Positions 28,884 to 43,474 of a stretch of DNA of 64,000 nt are shown here, one piece after another. Source of the DNA: an uncultured delta proteobacterium (GTDB lineage Bacteria; Myxococcota_A; Polyangia; Fen-1088); contig CAVTRY010000011.1 of assembly GCA_963737265.1 (NCBI GenBank), positions 576,001 to 640,000 of the forward strand, given 5' to 3'. Positions within the stretch are counted from its first letter, which is position 1. Each line of letters opens with the position of its first letter. A program made the position numbers and the translations under genes. The notes under the pieces were generated by a model. That model was not told the origin of the DNA, did no database searches, and saw only the letters and a list, made by a program, of their open reading frames with translations.

Positions 28884-30239
28884 CTACTTTTTCTGGGCGA
28901 AGCAGCGCGGATCCGCGGCGCCGTTGGGATACGCAAAGAAGGTCAAAATGTCGGTGTTGGTCGACGCCCAGGGCACAAGGCGAATGGATCCGCCCGGCTG
29001 GCAGGTCGCGGTGTTGAAAGCCAGGCCACCGATGTTCGATCCGCCAAAATTCGGGCCCTGATTCGAGTCAAACAAGGTGGCGATCGCGGCGGTACTCGGA
29101 ACCGAGCTTGCGCCGTGGCTGATGTCGAAGAGCAACACCCTGCCCTGCCCACCCGTGGCGGTCGGCGCCGAAACCAACAGTTGTGCCGTCGCTGCCCCCG
29201 GCACGAGGAAGGTGGCGACCCTTCTTCCGAAGTCGGTCGAAGCCGGCGCGCTAATGTTGACCGACGGAAGGGTCACGCCGTCGAGCGGGCCAAAGTAGAC
29301 GTAGACCGTGTCTGGCGGCGTTCCGACAGCGAGATCGAGGGCGCCGTCCCCGTTGAAATCTCCGACCGCCAGCGACGTACCGAAGTTGTTCGAAGTTGCG
29401 TCGCCTGGGCTTTGCAGGACATTGCCTCCAGGCGAGCAAATCAGCGTGCCCGCGCGACCATACTGAAGGAACACAACCGAGCCTGCCAGCTGACCACTTT
29501 CGTGGCCACCAAGGACGATCTCGTCGCCGCCCCCGGCGAGCAGGTCGCCGACCGCGACAGGCCGGTAGGCGTAACTGGAGGGAAGGTTCGGATTTGCGAG
29601 GACAACCTCGGGGCACAGGGCTTGGACCATGGTTCCATCCGCCTCGATCAGGGACACGGAATCGTCGGCTACCACGACGGTCTCGGCCGCCAGGCCCGCG
29701 TTCTGGCCCGTGACATCGCCGGTGGCGACCGCCATGCCGAAATGATCCGTCCCGGTTGTGCCAGGCTGAATGCCAAAGGTCAAGCTGCCATCAGCCTGCG
29801 TCGTTAGAGCTAGAATGCTGATCCGTCCGATGGCCACATTCGACAAGGCGGAAAAATGAGGCGTGCCGAGGACGATGGAGCCGTTGGAAAGCCGGGCCGC
29901 GCTCTGCACGATCCCTTGATCGCCGGTGCCGAGGTTGGCCAGCGCCGTCGCACCCGTCACCTCGTGCAGGGCGACTTTGCCATCCTTGTCGTAGTCAGCG
30001 ACGGCCAAGTATTGCTGATCCGTGCGCGAAACCAGCATGCGCGCGGCCACCTGGGTGTTTGCCTGTGCAGGAGGGGGAAGCGCCAAGATGGAAAGCGCGC
30101 CCGTGCTGGATCCCGACGTACCGAAAGACACGACGGGCGCTTGGTCGAGGACCGAGTTGAAATCACCGGGATTGCAGCCCGCCGATTCCATGGCTAACGA
30201 GGTGATCGAGGCGAGCAGGAGAGCATTCGCGATGCGCAC
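28884..30239 (-). CDS. FG-GAP (integrin-alpha beta-propeller) repeat lipoprotein
   Basis: FGMAVATGDVTG, FGTSLAVGDFNGDGALDLAVG and FGRRVA repeats; lipobox SAGC. Confidence 0.82.
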   Translation of the reverse strand: MRIANALLLASITSLAMESAGCNPGDFNSVLDQAPVVSFGTSGSSTGALSILALPPPAQANTQVAARMLVSRTDQQYLAVADYDKDGKVALHEVTGATALANLGTGDQGIVQSAARLSNGSIVLGTPHFSALSNVAIGRISILALTTQADGSLTFGIQPGTTGTDHFGMAVATGDVTGQNAGLAAETVVVADDSVSLIEADGTMVQALCPEVVLANPNLPSSYAYRPVAVGDLLAGGGDEIVLGGHESGQLAGSVVFLQYGRAGTLICSPGGNVLQSPGDATSNNFGTSLAVGDFNGDGALDLAVGTPPDTVYVYFGPLDGVTLPSVNISAPASTDFGRRVATFLVPGAATAQLLVSAPTATGGQGRVLLFDISHGASSVPSTAAIATLFDSNQGPNFGGSNIGGLAFNTATCQPGGSIRLVPWASTNTDILTFFAYPNGAADPRCFAQKK

Positions 30240-30240
30240 G

Positions 30241-31710
30241 TTAGAACCTCCCCGTTGCCGACAGGCCCGCGCCGTTTGGCACTTCCATGGGTGCGAAGCC
30301 AAACCGCTTGGGCTCCGGGTTGGCGACGTTCGTGGTCCTCAAGGTGGCGGTGGTGGGCGGCCCCGATTCGAGGAAGTTCCACAAAGACAGCGCGCCGGTC
30401 ACGACGCTGAGCCCGAAACAAACGTCCGCGCCGATGTAGTAGTACTTGCCCGTCGAGGTGCGCGAGTCCGCCGTGCTGGTGAGCTTCGTCGTGTTCTTGA
30501 TGTCGCTGTTGATGTCGTCCTTAACCTGGTTGCCCTTCACGCCGAGGTAGATTCCACCGGCGAGGAACGCCGCCGAGAAAATGCCATCCGTCCAGGCCTT
30601 TACCCGCGAAGGTTTGGGCGAGTAAGTAAGATCGATGGTAATGGCGTCGGCGCGATTCACGGTAACTCGCCCGTCGTAGTTCTCCATGCCTTCTTTCTGG
30701 ACGTGCAGGACATGGTCTCCCGGTTTGAGCTGCGGTTCGCACGGGAGCGTACAGGCCAGGGTCCCGTCGACGAAGAGCTTGCCGCCTTCGTTGACCTTGT
30801 TGCCCGCTCTTAGCACCCCGTAGCCGACCACTTCCAGGTTGATCGTGTGCGTCGTGGCGGTCCCCGGCTCGACTTCGATTTCCTTCTGCGCCGTCTCGTA
30901 GCCCACGCGCCCAACCCACAAGGTGTGCTTGCCGGGCTTGAGGTGCCCGGTGTACGGCGTCCGGCCAATCGCCCCGATCTCTTGGCGGTCGATGAACACG
31001 TCCGCACCGGGCACGTTGGAGACGACCTCGATCCAGCCGAGGAAATGCTGCTCGGACAACGAAATGTAAATTTCGAGGATCTTGTCTGTGCGTGGACTTA
31101 TCCGCCGTTCCTCGGGCTTGAACCCCTTGGCTTCGAACAACAGTTTGACGGGCTTGGGTTCAAGGGATCCCTGCCAGGGCGTGGTCGCGAATACGCCCTT
31201 GGCTTTGTCGTCGACGTAGATCGTCGCCCCCGGGGGCTTGGAATCGATGATGACCAGACCCTTGGTGGCGATGGCCGGCAAGATCGGGGCTGGCGTCGCG
31301 GGCTTCTCGGGGACGGGCTTGCCCGTCTGAACGGGGGGCGCTGGCGCGATGGCCACTTTCAAGCCCTCGATGCGAGCCTTCACGTCGGCCGCGTCGCGCG
31401 CCTGCGGATCGATGTCCACGTACTTCTGGAAGGCTTCGACCGCCTTGTCTAGATTTTTCGCCTTTTCGTGGGCAACCGCGGCGTTGAAAAGGAAGGAACT
31501 GAATGGCTTCTTGTCGAAGGCCATCATGAATTTGGCGGCCGCTTCTTCAAACTGATCCTTGCTGTAGAGAACCTGAGCTTCCTCGAAGGCGAACTTGGCC
31601 TCTTGAAGGGCTGGGTCGGGCGCGGCTGGTTCTTCCGCCTGGGCCGCCGGCACCTCACTAACCAGCAACCCCAGAACTAGGCTCGCTACAACCCGCTCGG
31701 CACGCATCAT
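30241..31710 (-). CDS. TPR and PEGA domain-containing protein
   Basis: Signal peptide; TPR region; PEGA repeats DSKPPGATIYVD..TTP and SNVPGADVFID..GRTP; C-terminal beta-like GLSATGRF. Confidence 0.85.
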   Translation of the reverse strand: MMRAERVVASLVLGLLVSEVPAAQAEEPAAPDPALQEAKFAFEEAQVLYSKDQFEEAAAKFMMAFDKKPFSSFLFNAAVAHEKAKNLDKAVEAFQKYVDIDPQARDAADVKARIEGLKVAIAPAPPVQTGKPVPEKPATPAPILPAIATKGLVIIDSKPPGATIYVDDKAKGVFATTPWQGSLEPKPVKLLFEAKGFKPEERRISPRTDKILEIYISLSEQHFLGWIEVVSNVPGADVFIDRQEIGAIGRTPYTGHLKPGKHTLWVGRVGYETAQKEIEVEPGTATTHTINLEVVGYGVLRAGNKVNEGGKLFVDGTLACTLPCEPQLKPGDHVLHVQKEGMENYDGRVTVNRADAITIDLTYSPKPSRVKAWTDGIFSAAFLAGGIYLGVKGNQVKDDINSDIKNTTKLTSTADSRTSTGKYYYIGADVCFGLSVVTGALSLWNFLESGPPTTATLRTTNVANPEPKRFGFAPMEVPNGAGLSATGRF

Positions 31711-31850
31711 AATGCTTCAGATTGCGCCACCGACCGTCGAGGATCAAGGGCCTGCTGCAGCTCAGAACGGCCCAGACGCGCCGTGACCATAAGAATTGGA
31801 GCTTGCAACCGCCACGACTTGGAGAGGCTCGTCCCCTCGCTGCTTACCGC

Positions 31851-31880
31851 AAGAAAAGGGCCCCGGTGTCCCGAGGCCCT
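31851..31880 (-). terminator. Rho-independent terminator of gap
   Basis: Minus strand AGGGCCTCGG-GACA-CCGGGGCCCT followed by TTTCTT. Confidence 0.7.
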
Positions 31881-31920
31881 CGTCGCGTCTGTCAGGTTTG
31901 ACCGCTACTGACTGCCTGCC

Positions 31921-32979
<1,059 letters not shown>

Positions 32980-33178
32980 CTATTTGCGGTGCGAAGCACC
33001 TTGTGAAATGCGTGGTGGCAAAAGTCGCCGCGGAATCTAGCACACATCTTGTGCCGGTTGTCGTGCACGTTGCACGCGCTCGCGCGGGAAATTTCCCTGC
33101 GCTTTTCCGACGAATCTTCCGACGAATCTACGACGCGGTAGCCTGGACTTGGCGGCGAGCGTCCAGCGGGCCGCGGCG

Positions 33179-34033
33179 CTAGTCAGCCGCTCGATGGCGT
33201 GCGGAGTCCAGGGTGTTGGCGAGCAGCATGGTGATGGTCATGGGCCCAACGCCGCCCGGAACTGGCGTGATGGCCCCTGCCCGCTCGACCGCGGCGCCGA
33301 ACTCGACGTCGCCCACCAGCTTGCCTGTCGCCAGACGGTTGGTGCCCACATCAATGACCGTGGCACCAGGCTTAATCCAGGCACCGCGAATCATCTCGGG
33401 TCGGCCGATAGCGGCCACCAGGATGTCGGCGGTGCTAATCACGGCCGCCAAGTCCTTGGTCTTGGAATGGCAGATGGTGACCGTGGCGTCCGCGTTGGTC
33501 AGCAGCACCGCCACCGGCTTGCCCACGATGTTGGAACGGCCGGCCACCACGGCGGTGGCGCCGCGCACGGTGGTGCCGGCCTCCTCGATGAGCTTCATGA
33601 TTCCATACGGCGTGCAGGCCGTAAAACGCGGTTCGCCAATCAGCAGACGACCCAGGTTTTCAGGATGAAAACCATCCACGTCCTTGGCCGGATCGATGGC
33701 CAGCAAGACGCGCTTGCTGTCGATGGACTTGGGCAGCGGCAGTTGGACGAGAATCCCATCCACCGCGCGATCCCCGTTCAAGTCCCGGATTAGGCCTAGC
33801 AGCCGGTCTTCGCCGGCGTCGGCGGAAAGGTGGTAGTCGAAACAGGCAAATCCTGCTTCGGCGAGGGCCTTGGTCTTGTTGCGCACGTAGATCTGCGACG
33901 CGGGATCCTCGCCGACCAGAACCACGGCCAAACCCGGTCGGACGCCGTCCGCGGTAAGTTGTTTCGCTTCGTCCGCCATCGCGGCGCGAAGTCTTGCTGC
34001 CAGCGCCTTGCCATCGATGATCTTGGCTGCCAT
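33179..34033 (-). CDS. folD: Bifunctional methylene-THF dehydrogenase/cyclohydrolase
   Basis: [27 protein letters not shown] and [10 protein letters not shown] motifs. Confidence 0.96.
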   Translation of the reverse strand: MAAKIIDGKALAARLRAAMADEAKQLTADGVRPGLAVVLVGEDPASQIYVRNKTKALAEAGFACFDYHLSADAGEDRLLGLIRDLNGDRAVDGILVQLPLPKSIDSKRVLLAIDPAKDVDGFHPENLGRLLIGEPRFTACTPYGIMKLIEEAGTTVRGATAVVAGRSNIVGKPVAVLLTNADATVTICHSKTKDLAAVISTADILVAAIGRPEMIRGAWIKPGATVIDVGTNRLATGKLVGDVEFGAAVERAGAITPVPGGVGPMTITMLLANTLDSARHRAAD

Positions 34034-34093
34034 GCACCTGGCCCTATCACGCGAGGGCGCGAAAAGGCAACAGTCGGAGATTTTCCGCGCGAC

Positions 34094-37335
<3,242 letters not shown>

Positions 37336-37337
37336 TC

Positions 37338-38834
37338 TTACTCGTATCGCAAGCCGTCGACTGGGCGCATGCGGGAGGCCAGCCACGCGGGATACACCGT
37401 CGCCAGAAAACACAAGCCCAAAGCGGAGGCGGCGACGATGCCAATTTCGCTCGCACGCATGACGATCGGCAACTGACTGATGTAATAGACGTCGGTCGGC
37501 AGAGGCAGGCCGTAGCGTTCGATGAGAAGGCAGCCCCCGATCCCGGTCGCCACGCCCACGAGAAGTCCGATGAGGCCGATGTACAGACCTTCGGCCACGA
37601 ACACGCGCCGAACGGCACCGTCGAGAGCTCCCATGGCCTTGAGGATGGCGACCTCGCGTGCCTTCTCGGTGGCCATCATGATGAGGGTCGAAATGATCGA
37701 AAACGACGCGACCAGGGCGATAAAGGTCAGCACCACGAACATGGCGATTTTTTCCAGACGCAGCGCCATGAACAGACCCTTGTTTAGCTCTTCCCAGGAC
37801 TGCGCCTCGTAGCCGTTCCCCAGCGCAGTTTGGATCGCCGCCGAAATTCTAGGCGCGGCGTCGGGATCTTGGGTGCGCACGTCGATGCCGGTAACTTCGC
37901 CGGGCATGCGCAGAAAGGACTGGGCCTCGTGCAGCGACACGTAGGCCAGCTTCGAGTCGAATTCGTACATGCCACTGTAGAAGTGGCCGGCGACGCGAAA
38001 ACCCTTGAGTCCCGGCATGGGACCGTTCGGCCCCATCTTGCACAGGGGACACACCACATCCACCAGGCTGCCCTGAAACACGCGCAAGGTACGCGCGTAG
38101 AGCTCCTCGCCGAGAATGATGGAGGGAGCATCTTTCGCGTTGTCCGGTCCAAGCGGATCGAGAGGCACCCGCTCGGGATGGGCCAAATCGTCGATGCTGC
38201 ATTCGCGTGCTGTGCGTTCGAGGTCGAGAACCGAGGCCGCCGACGCCGGATCGATCCCGCGCAGCACGATTCCAGCTGGCGAGGCTCCGGAGCGAACCAT
38301 CACCTCGGCCTCAAGGTAGGGCGTTGCTGCCGAAACGCCCGGCACGCGCAGGATGGTTGCGCGCACTCCCTGCCAGTCGAGGAAGGGACGATCATCCGGA
38401 ATGGTGACCACGACGTCGGCCTTGGCGCCGCAGATCTTACCCTTCAGATCGGCTTCGAAACCGGACATCACGGAAAGTGCCAGAATCGGGGCTGCGGTGC
38501 CCAGAAATACGCCAAAGATGGAAATCGCCGTGAACACCGTGAACCTGGCCAAGAGGAAACCTAGGAAGGCGATGATTCCGCCGACGATCAATCCGATGAC
38601 TCCGCCGAGTCTCATGCCCTCGAATACTGGATTGGGCCGCGCGGACATGAACCCGTTGGGATCACGCAGCGGCGTGCCGATCAACTTGAGGTAGACCAAA
38701 TCAGCGGCCGCGAGCACGATGATGGCCAGTCCGACCTTGAGCGCGATGGCACGACTAGAGCGCCGCTCGGGATCGCGCAGGTGGCGCCACGCCACGAACC
38801 ATTCGAAGCCAGGGGCCATCATCGAGCGCGGCAC
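37338..38834 (-). CDS. lolE: Lipoprotein-releasing ABC transporter permease LolC/E
   Basis: [22 protein letters not shown] and YPAWLASR...LRYE motifs; lies between lysS and lolD. Confidence 0.85.
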   Translation of the reverse strand: MPRSMMAPGFEWFVAWRHLRDPERRSSRAIALKVGLAIIVLAAADLVYLKLIGTPLRDPNGFMSARPNPVFEGMRLGGVIGLIVGGIIAFLGFLLARFTVFTAISIFGVFLGTAAPILALSVMSGFEADLKGKICGAKADVVVTIPDDRPFLDWQGVRATILRVPGVSAATPYLEAEVMVRSGASPAGIVLRGIDPASAASVLDLERTARECSIDDLAHPERVPLDPLGPDNAKDAPSIILGEELYARTLRVFQGSLVDVVCPLCKMGPNGPMPGLKGFRVAGHFYSGMYEFDSKLAYVSLHEAQSFLRMPGEVTGIDVRTQDPDAAPRISAAIQTALGNGYEAQSWEELNKGLFMALRLEKIAMFVVLTFIALVASFSIISTLIMMATEKAREVAILKAMGALDGAVRRVFVAEGLYIGLIGLLVGVATGIGGCLLIERYGLPLPTDVYYISQLPIVMRASEIGIVAASALGLCFLATVYPAWLASRMRPVDGLRYE

Positions 38835-38868
38835 CGGCGACGGGGACTTGGAACCAGGGGGCCGGATT

Positions 38869-40407
38869 TCATTCCGGCCTCATGAGTGGGAACAGGATGA
38901 CGTCGCGAATGGACGGCTGGTCGGTGAGCAGCATGACCAGGCGATCGACCCCGATGCCCTCGCCCGCCGTGGGCGGCAGGCCGTATTCGAGCGCACGGCA
39001 GTAGTCTTCGTCGTAGTCCATGGTTTCCTCGGCGCCCTTGGCCTTGGCCTCGACCTGGCGCTGAAAGCGCGCGCGCTGATCGGCCGGATCGTTGAGCTCG
39101 GAAAATGCGTTGGCGTGCTCGCGGCCGACGATGAACAGCTCGAATCTGTCGACCTTGCTGGGATCGGCATCGTTGCGGCGTGAAAGCGGCGAGGTCTCGG
39201 CGGGATACTCGACCACGAAGACGGGCTTTTCGGGAGGCAGCGCCAGCTCGCCGCCGTAATCGAACAGCGCGCCCACGCGGTGTCCGTGGGATTCGCACTT
39301 GCGCAACACCGCCGACAGCTCGTCTTTGCGGTCGAGCGCGCCCGAACCGGCGATCCAGCTCGCGAGCGCGGCTTCGTCGTCGAGCATCGGTCGCTCAAGT
39401 CCAGCGGGCAAGAGCCCCTTCCCCGACGCCGTGACGATCGCGTCCTTCATCGGGATGCGTTCAAACGCGCCCAAGTCCACCTTGACGCCGCCGTGGCTGA
39501 TGGTGGTTCCACCGCAGATCTCGCGCGCCAGCTCGGCGAACAGCTCTTGCGTGAGGGTCATCAAGTCTTCGTAGGTTGCGTACGCCTGATAAAACTCAAG
39601 CATGGTGAACTCGGGGTTGTGCTGGCGGGACAGCCCTTCGTTGCGAAAATTGCGGCCGATTTCGTAGACGCGCTCGAAGCCACCCACCACCAGCCGCTTG
39701 AGGTGCAGCTCCGGCGCGATTCTCATGGTGAGATCCATGTCGAGCGCGTTGTGGTGGGTGCGGAACGGCCGCGCCGCCGCGCCACCCAGGATGGTGTGCA
39801 TGGACGGCGTCTCCACCTCGACGAAGTCGCGCGCATCGAGAAAACGCCGCAGGTGTTTGATGATCGCCGTGCGCTTGAGGAAGACGTCGCGCACCGCCGG
39901 ATTGGCCACCAAATCGATGTAGCGCTGGCGATAGCGCGTCTCCATGTCCTGCAGCCCGTGCCACTTCTCGGGCAGGGGCCGCGTGGCTTTGGTCAAAACG
40001 TGCAGCTCTTCGACGAGGATGGTTCGCTCGCCGGTCTTGGTGACCACGGCTGTGCCGACGACGCCGATGAAATCGCCGCGCTCCATCGCGCGCCACAGCC
40101 CGAAGGTCCTTTCGCCGACCAGATCCTGTTTGACCCAGACTTGAATCTCGCCCGACCGATCCCGGAGTTTGGCAAACGCGGCCTTGCCGAAGCTGCGCAC
40201 GGCCACGATGCGGCCCGCCACCGAAAACCGTTCATTCGGAGGACCATCGTAATGCGCCGTGGGCTCGTTACCGGCCTCGAACCAAGCATGCACGTCACGC
40301 GCGGTGTGGCGCGGTGAAAAACCGTTCGCGTACGGGTTTTGACCCGCCTGGCGCAATTCGGCCACCTTGTTCTCGCGCTCCGCAATCAATTCACGTTCAT
40401 CGGACAT
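38869..40407 (-). CDS. lysS: Lysine--tRNA ligase (class II)
   Basis: [34 protein letters not shown] and G.G.DRL motifs. Confidence 0.97.
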   Translation of the reverse strand: MSDERELIAERENKVAELRQAGQNPYANGFSPRHTARDVHAWFEAGNEPTAHYDGPPNERFSVAGRIVAVRSFGKAAFAKLRDRSGEIQVWVKQDLVGERTFGLWRAMERGDFIGVVGTAVVTKTGERTILVEELHVLTKATRPLPEKWHGLQDMETRYRQRYIDLVANPAVRDVFLKRTAIIKHLRRFLDARDFVEVETPSMHTILGGAAARPFRTHHNALDMDLTMRIAPELHLKRLVVGGFERVYEIGRNFRNEGLSRQHNPEFTMLEFYQAYATYEDLMTLTQELFAELAREICGGTTISHGGVKVDLGAFERIPMKDAIVTASGKGLLPAGLERPMLDDEAALASWIAGSGALDRKDELSAVLRKCESHGHRVGALFDYGGELALPPEKPVFVVEYPAETSPLSRRNDADPSKVDRFELFIVGREHANAFSELNDPADQRARFQRQVEAKAKGAEETMDYDEDYCRALEYGLPPTAGEGIGVDRLVMLLTDQPSIRDVILFPLMRPE

Positions 40408-40497
40408 GGCTAGGCACTTTCTCCACGATTCATCAACAGGAGACCTGCGGACAAGTCATTGGAAACACGACGTATTATCGCTTTTCTCCACAAGGAA

Positions 40498-41653
40498 TCA
40501 CAGATCCTTATCGTCGAGTTCGTCGTCGTTCGACTGTGGGGTAGCTGACGGATCGCCTGCCAAAGTAAGCAGCATGGCCACCATGAACTGATCCAAATCG
40601 CCATCCAGGACTGAGTCTACGTTACCCACTTTCAGCCCCGTGCGATGGTCGGAGACCAATCGGTACGGTGCAAGAACGTAGGACCGAATCTGGTTGCCCC
40701 ACTCGATGGCCTTTTTCTGGGCGTGCAGACCCCCCATTTTCTCGGCCTGCTTCTTCTCTTCAACTTCGAGCAGCTTGGACCGCAGGATACGCATTGCGAC
40801 CGCGCGGTTCTTGTGCTGCGACCGCTCCTGCTGGCAGTGCACGGCGATGCCCGTCGGGATGTGCGTGATGCGCACCGCGGATTCGGTCTTGTTGACGTGC
40901 TGGCCGCCGGCGCCGCCCGAGCGCATGACGTCGATGCGCAGCTCCTTCTCGTCGATGTCGAGCTTGATGGTCTCGTCGATGTCCGGATAGATGAAGACGC
41001 TGGCGAAGGACGTGTGCCGGCGCGCCTGGGAATCGAAAGGCGAAATGCGCACCAGGCGATGCACGCCATTTTCGGCACGCAGGTAACCGTAAGCCCACTC
41101 GCCGGTGATTCCCAGCGTGACGCTCTTGATGCCGGCCTCATCCCCCGGCTGCAAGTCGAGAATTTCGCACTTGTAGCCTCGCCGCACGCACCAGCGCATG
41201 TACATCCGTTGCAGCATCTCGGCCCAATCCTGCGACTCCGTGCCGCCAGCGCCCGCATTGATGGACAGCAGCGCGCCCTGCTGGTCGTAGGGACCGGATA
41301 GCATGCGCGCGAATTCCATCTTGCTAACGGCGTCCTCGGCGGCGGACAACAGGGCCGCAGCCTCGATCGCGGTCGGCTCGTCTTTGGCTTCGTCGGCCAG
41401 ATCGATGAACACACGTGCATCGTCCAACACCTTCATCTGCGCCTCGTAGCCGTCCACGGCGACCTTGAGGCGCGCCTGTTCGCGCAGGGCGGTTTGGGCG
41501 CGTTCATTCACGAGCCAGAAGTCAGGTTGGCTGGCTTCGCCGTCGAGCTCGGCTATGCGGGATTTTTTGCCGCTGATGTCAAAGATGCCCCCGGAGAATT
41601 TCCAGGCGGCCAGCAAGCTTGACAGCGCGTTCGCGGAGAGGTCCGATTTCCAT
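40498..41653 (-). CDS. prfB: Peptide chain release factor 2 with programmed +1 frameshift
   Basis: Short first frame MEIGPLRERAVKLAGRLEILRGHL ends at CTT-TGA-C (TGA 41581-41579); second frame has SPF and GGQ motifs. Confidence 0.95.
41578..41593 (-). promoter_or_regulatory. prfB +1 ribosomal frameshift signal
   Basis: Minus strand CGGGGG-CAT-CTT-TGA-C: SD-like element, 3-nt spacer, slippery CUU UGA. Confidence 0.9.
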
Positions 41654-41729
41654 GGCACGCGAAGCTAGCCACGTCCCGGCCGGTCTCGCAAGAACTTCTC
41701 TAGCAGCGTGCCGATTTTGCGGGTTGGGG

Positions 41730-42518
41730 CTAAGTCGACTCGCCCAGCAGCGCGTCCAGGCGAGCACGGTCGAAGCCGAGAAGCAGCCGTCCGCGCACGT
41801 CGAGGATGGGCACGCGATCGGTGGGGATCCCCATCTTGGATGCCTTGGCCTGCAACTCGCGCGCGGCCGCGGGATCGTTCTCGATGTCCTTGTAGGCAAA
41901 CGGAACGTGCTTGGACGCAAGGTATTGCTTGGCGGCCTTGCAGGCACCGCACCAGGGCGTACCGTAAAGAATCACCACCGGCGGCCCGAGCGGACCGGCG
42001 ATCCCGCCGTCTGCTCCTGGCAAAACGTCGTCGTCCAGTGCCGGCCCATGAGGCCCGGCCATCAAGCTCGACTCGCCGGGTGGAAGCTGCGCCAAAGCAC
42101 CGGTTTCGAATGCCTCGCGTGAAAGCGCGTGCGCCTGGGCTTTGCCGGCACTCAGAAGCTCGCCGAGGTCGACGGCGAAGACCTTGGTCGCGTCCCGAGG
42201 GTTGGTTGCGGCCTTTGAGGGATCGACAACACGCACCAGGCGGCGCGCATTCTGGGGAATATCCTCGGCCTTGTCCGTCGTCGCGAAGCTGCCCTTGGGT
42301 TCGACGTAGGTGTAAAGGAGGGAGCTGTCCTTGCTCACCTCTAGCTTGGTTGGCTCGGAAGGCGTAGCTGGCGGAGGCACTGGAGGAGCGCTTTTGCGGC
42401 AGCCCGACGCCACGGCGCCCAAGGCCACTAACAACATTGCCCAATGACGGAAATGCAATTGACACATCATTCCTATCCTAATTTTCCTGCTCGATTTTAT
42501 GTCCAACTTCTTGTCCAC
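41730..42518 (-). CDS. Glutaredoxin-domain lipoprotein
   Basis: Lipobox ASGC; YGTPWCGAC; cis-Pro RVP; LLGFD. True start probably near 42469. Confidence 0.8.
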   Translation of the reverse strand: MDKKLDIKSSRKIRIGMMCQLHFRHWAMLLVALGAVASGCRKSAPPVPPPATPSEPTKLEVSKDSSLLYTYVEPKGSFATTDKAEDIPQNARRLVRVVDPSKAATNPRDATKVFAVDLGELLSAGKAQAHALSREAFETGALAQLPPGESSLMAGPHGPALDDDVLPGADGGIAGPLGPPVVILYGTPWCGACKAAKQYLASKHVPFAYKDIENDPAAARELQAKASKMGIPTDRVPILDVRGRLLLGFDRARLDALLGEST

Positions 42519-42521
42519 ATC

Positions 42522-43124
42522 CTACTTCTTGCCCTTGCCCCTCTTGGCCTTCGTCGGTTTCTTATCGTCGAGCGAAGCATTGGTCACCTTGGCCACCGCC
42601 GTGCTTACCGCTTGCTTGAGCGCGCTGGCCAGCGCGGTCGTGATAAATCTCTCCTCTTCCTTGTCCTTGAGGCGCTCGGAAAACTCGCCCGTTAACGAGG
42701 CTGCGCCGTCGCCGTTGAAGAGCATCTTGTTGCCCGGAATGGTGTACCCGAAAATGCCCAGCTTCACCTCGATGAACATCTGCTGGTCCCGCCTACCCGG
42801 CGCTGGCGGCTTGATTTCCTCCTTCACGCTCGCGATGCGCAAGGACACCTGGTAGCCCTTCATCCCCTGCTTGCGGATTTCGGCGATCTGGGCGTCCTCG
42901 CTGGTGGCCGCGCCAAGGTCGGTGGTGAACTCCGGGCGACTCTCCACCTCCTTCTTCAGCAGATCTCTGGCGAGGGGAATGAGCTTGGCATCGTGGGCCT
43001 CTATGTCTGTGATCTTAAAGTAATACTTTTGATTTTCCTGGTCCGCGTGGGCGGCGCCAAGCGGTGCCAGCGCCGTCACCAGAAGCACCGTTGTCCCGAG
43101 GACGGAATATCTCGAAATACGCAT
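42522..43124 (-). CDS. Hypothetical secreted protein
   Basis: RBS AAGGAG; signal peptide ending AHA; Lys-rich tail; 200 aa. Confidence 0.75.
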   Translation of the reverse strand: MRISRYSVLGTTVLLVTALAPLGAAHADQENQKYYFKITDIEAHDAKLIPLARDLLKKEVESRPEFTTDLGAATSEDAQIAEIRKQGMKGYQVSLRIASVKEEIKPPAPGRRDQQMFIEVKLGIFGYTIPGNKMLFNGDGAASLTGEFSERLKDKEEERFITTALASALKQAVSTAVAKVTNASLDDKKPTKAKRGKGKK

Positions 43125-43229
43125 CAAGGGCTCCTTGTCGTTGGCTTGTCTGGTCGGTCCCAATCTTCGAACCGACGCTCCCAGTATTCCACCACGGATA
43201 GCCCGCCGGGGAAAGTGAATGCCTCGCCA

Positions 43230-43373
43230 GGGGTGCGTTGCACAGGCCCGGGTTTTCCATCCATTCTCTCGGCGGACACACCCATGCGTGGCAGGTCTCG
43301 CGACCTGCTCTTGAGGACGCGCCCTTGGGTTTCCGGTCGCTTCACTCTAAAACCGGGTTCATGCAACGTACCC
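43230..43373. mobile_element. MITE copy 2 (144 bp), inverted relative to copy 1, with 8-bp target duplication
   Basis: Same terminal inverted repeats as 876-1020; flanked by CCTCGCCA at 43222-43229 and 43374-43381. Confidence 0.88.
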
Positions 43374-43474
43374 CCTCGCCAACCTTCTTGCCAATTTGGC
43401 GCCCGTGCCCGAAGATTTCGCAATTCGTCGACGAGCAAGTGGACAAGAAGGTCATTTTTGCTTAGCGTTTGCTC

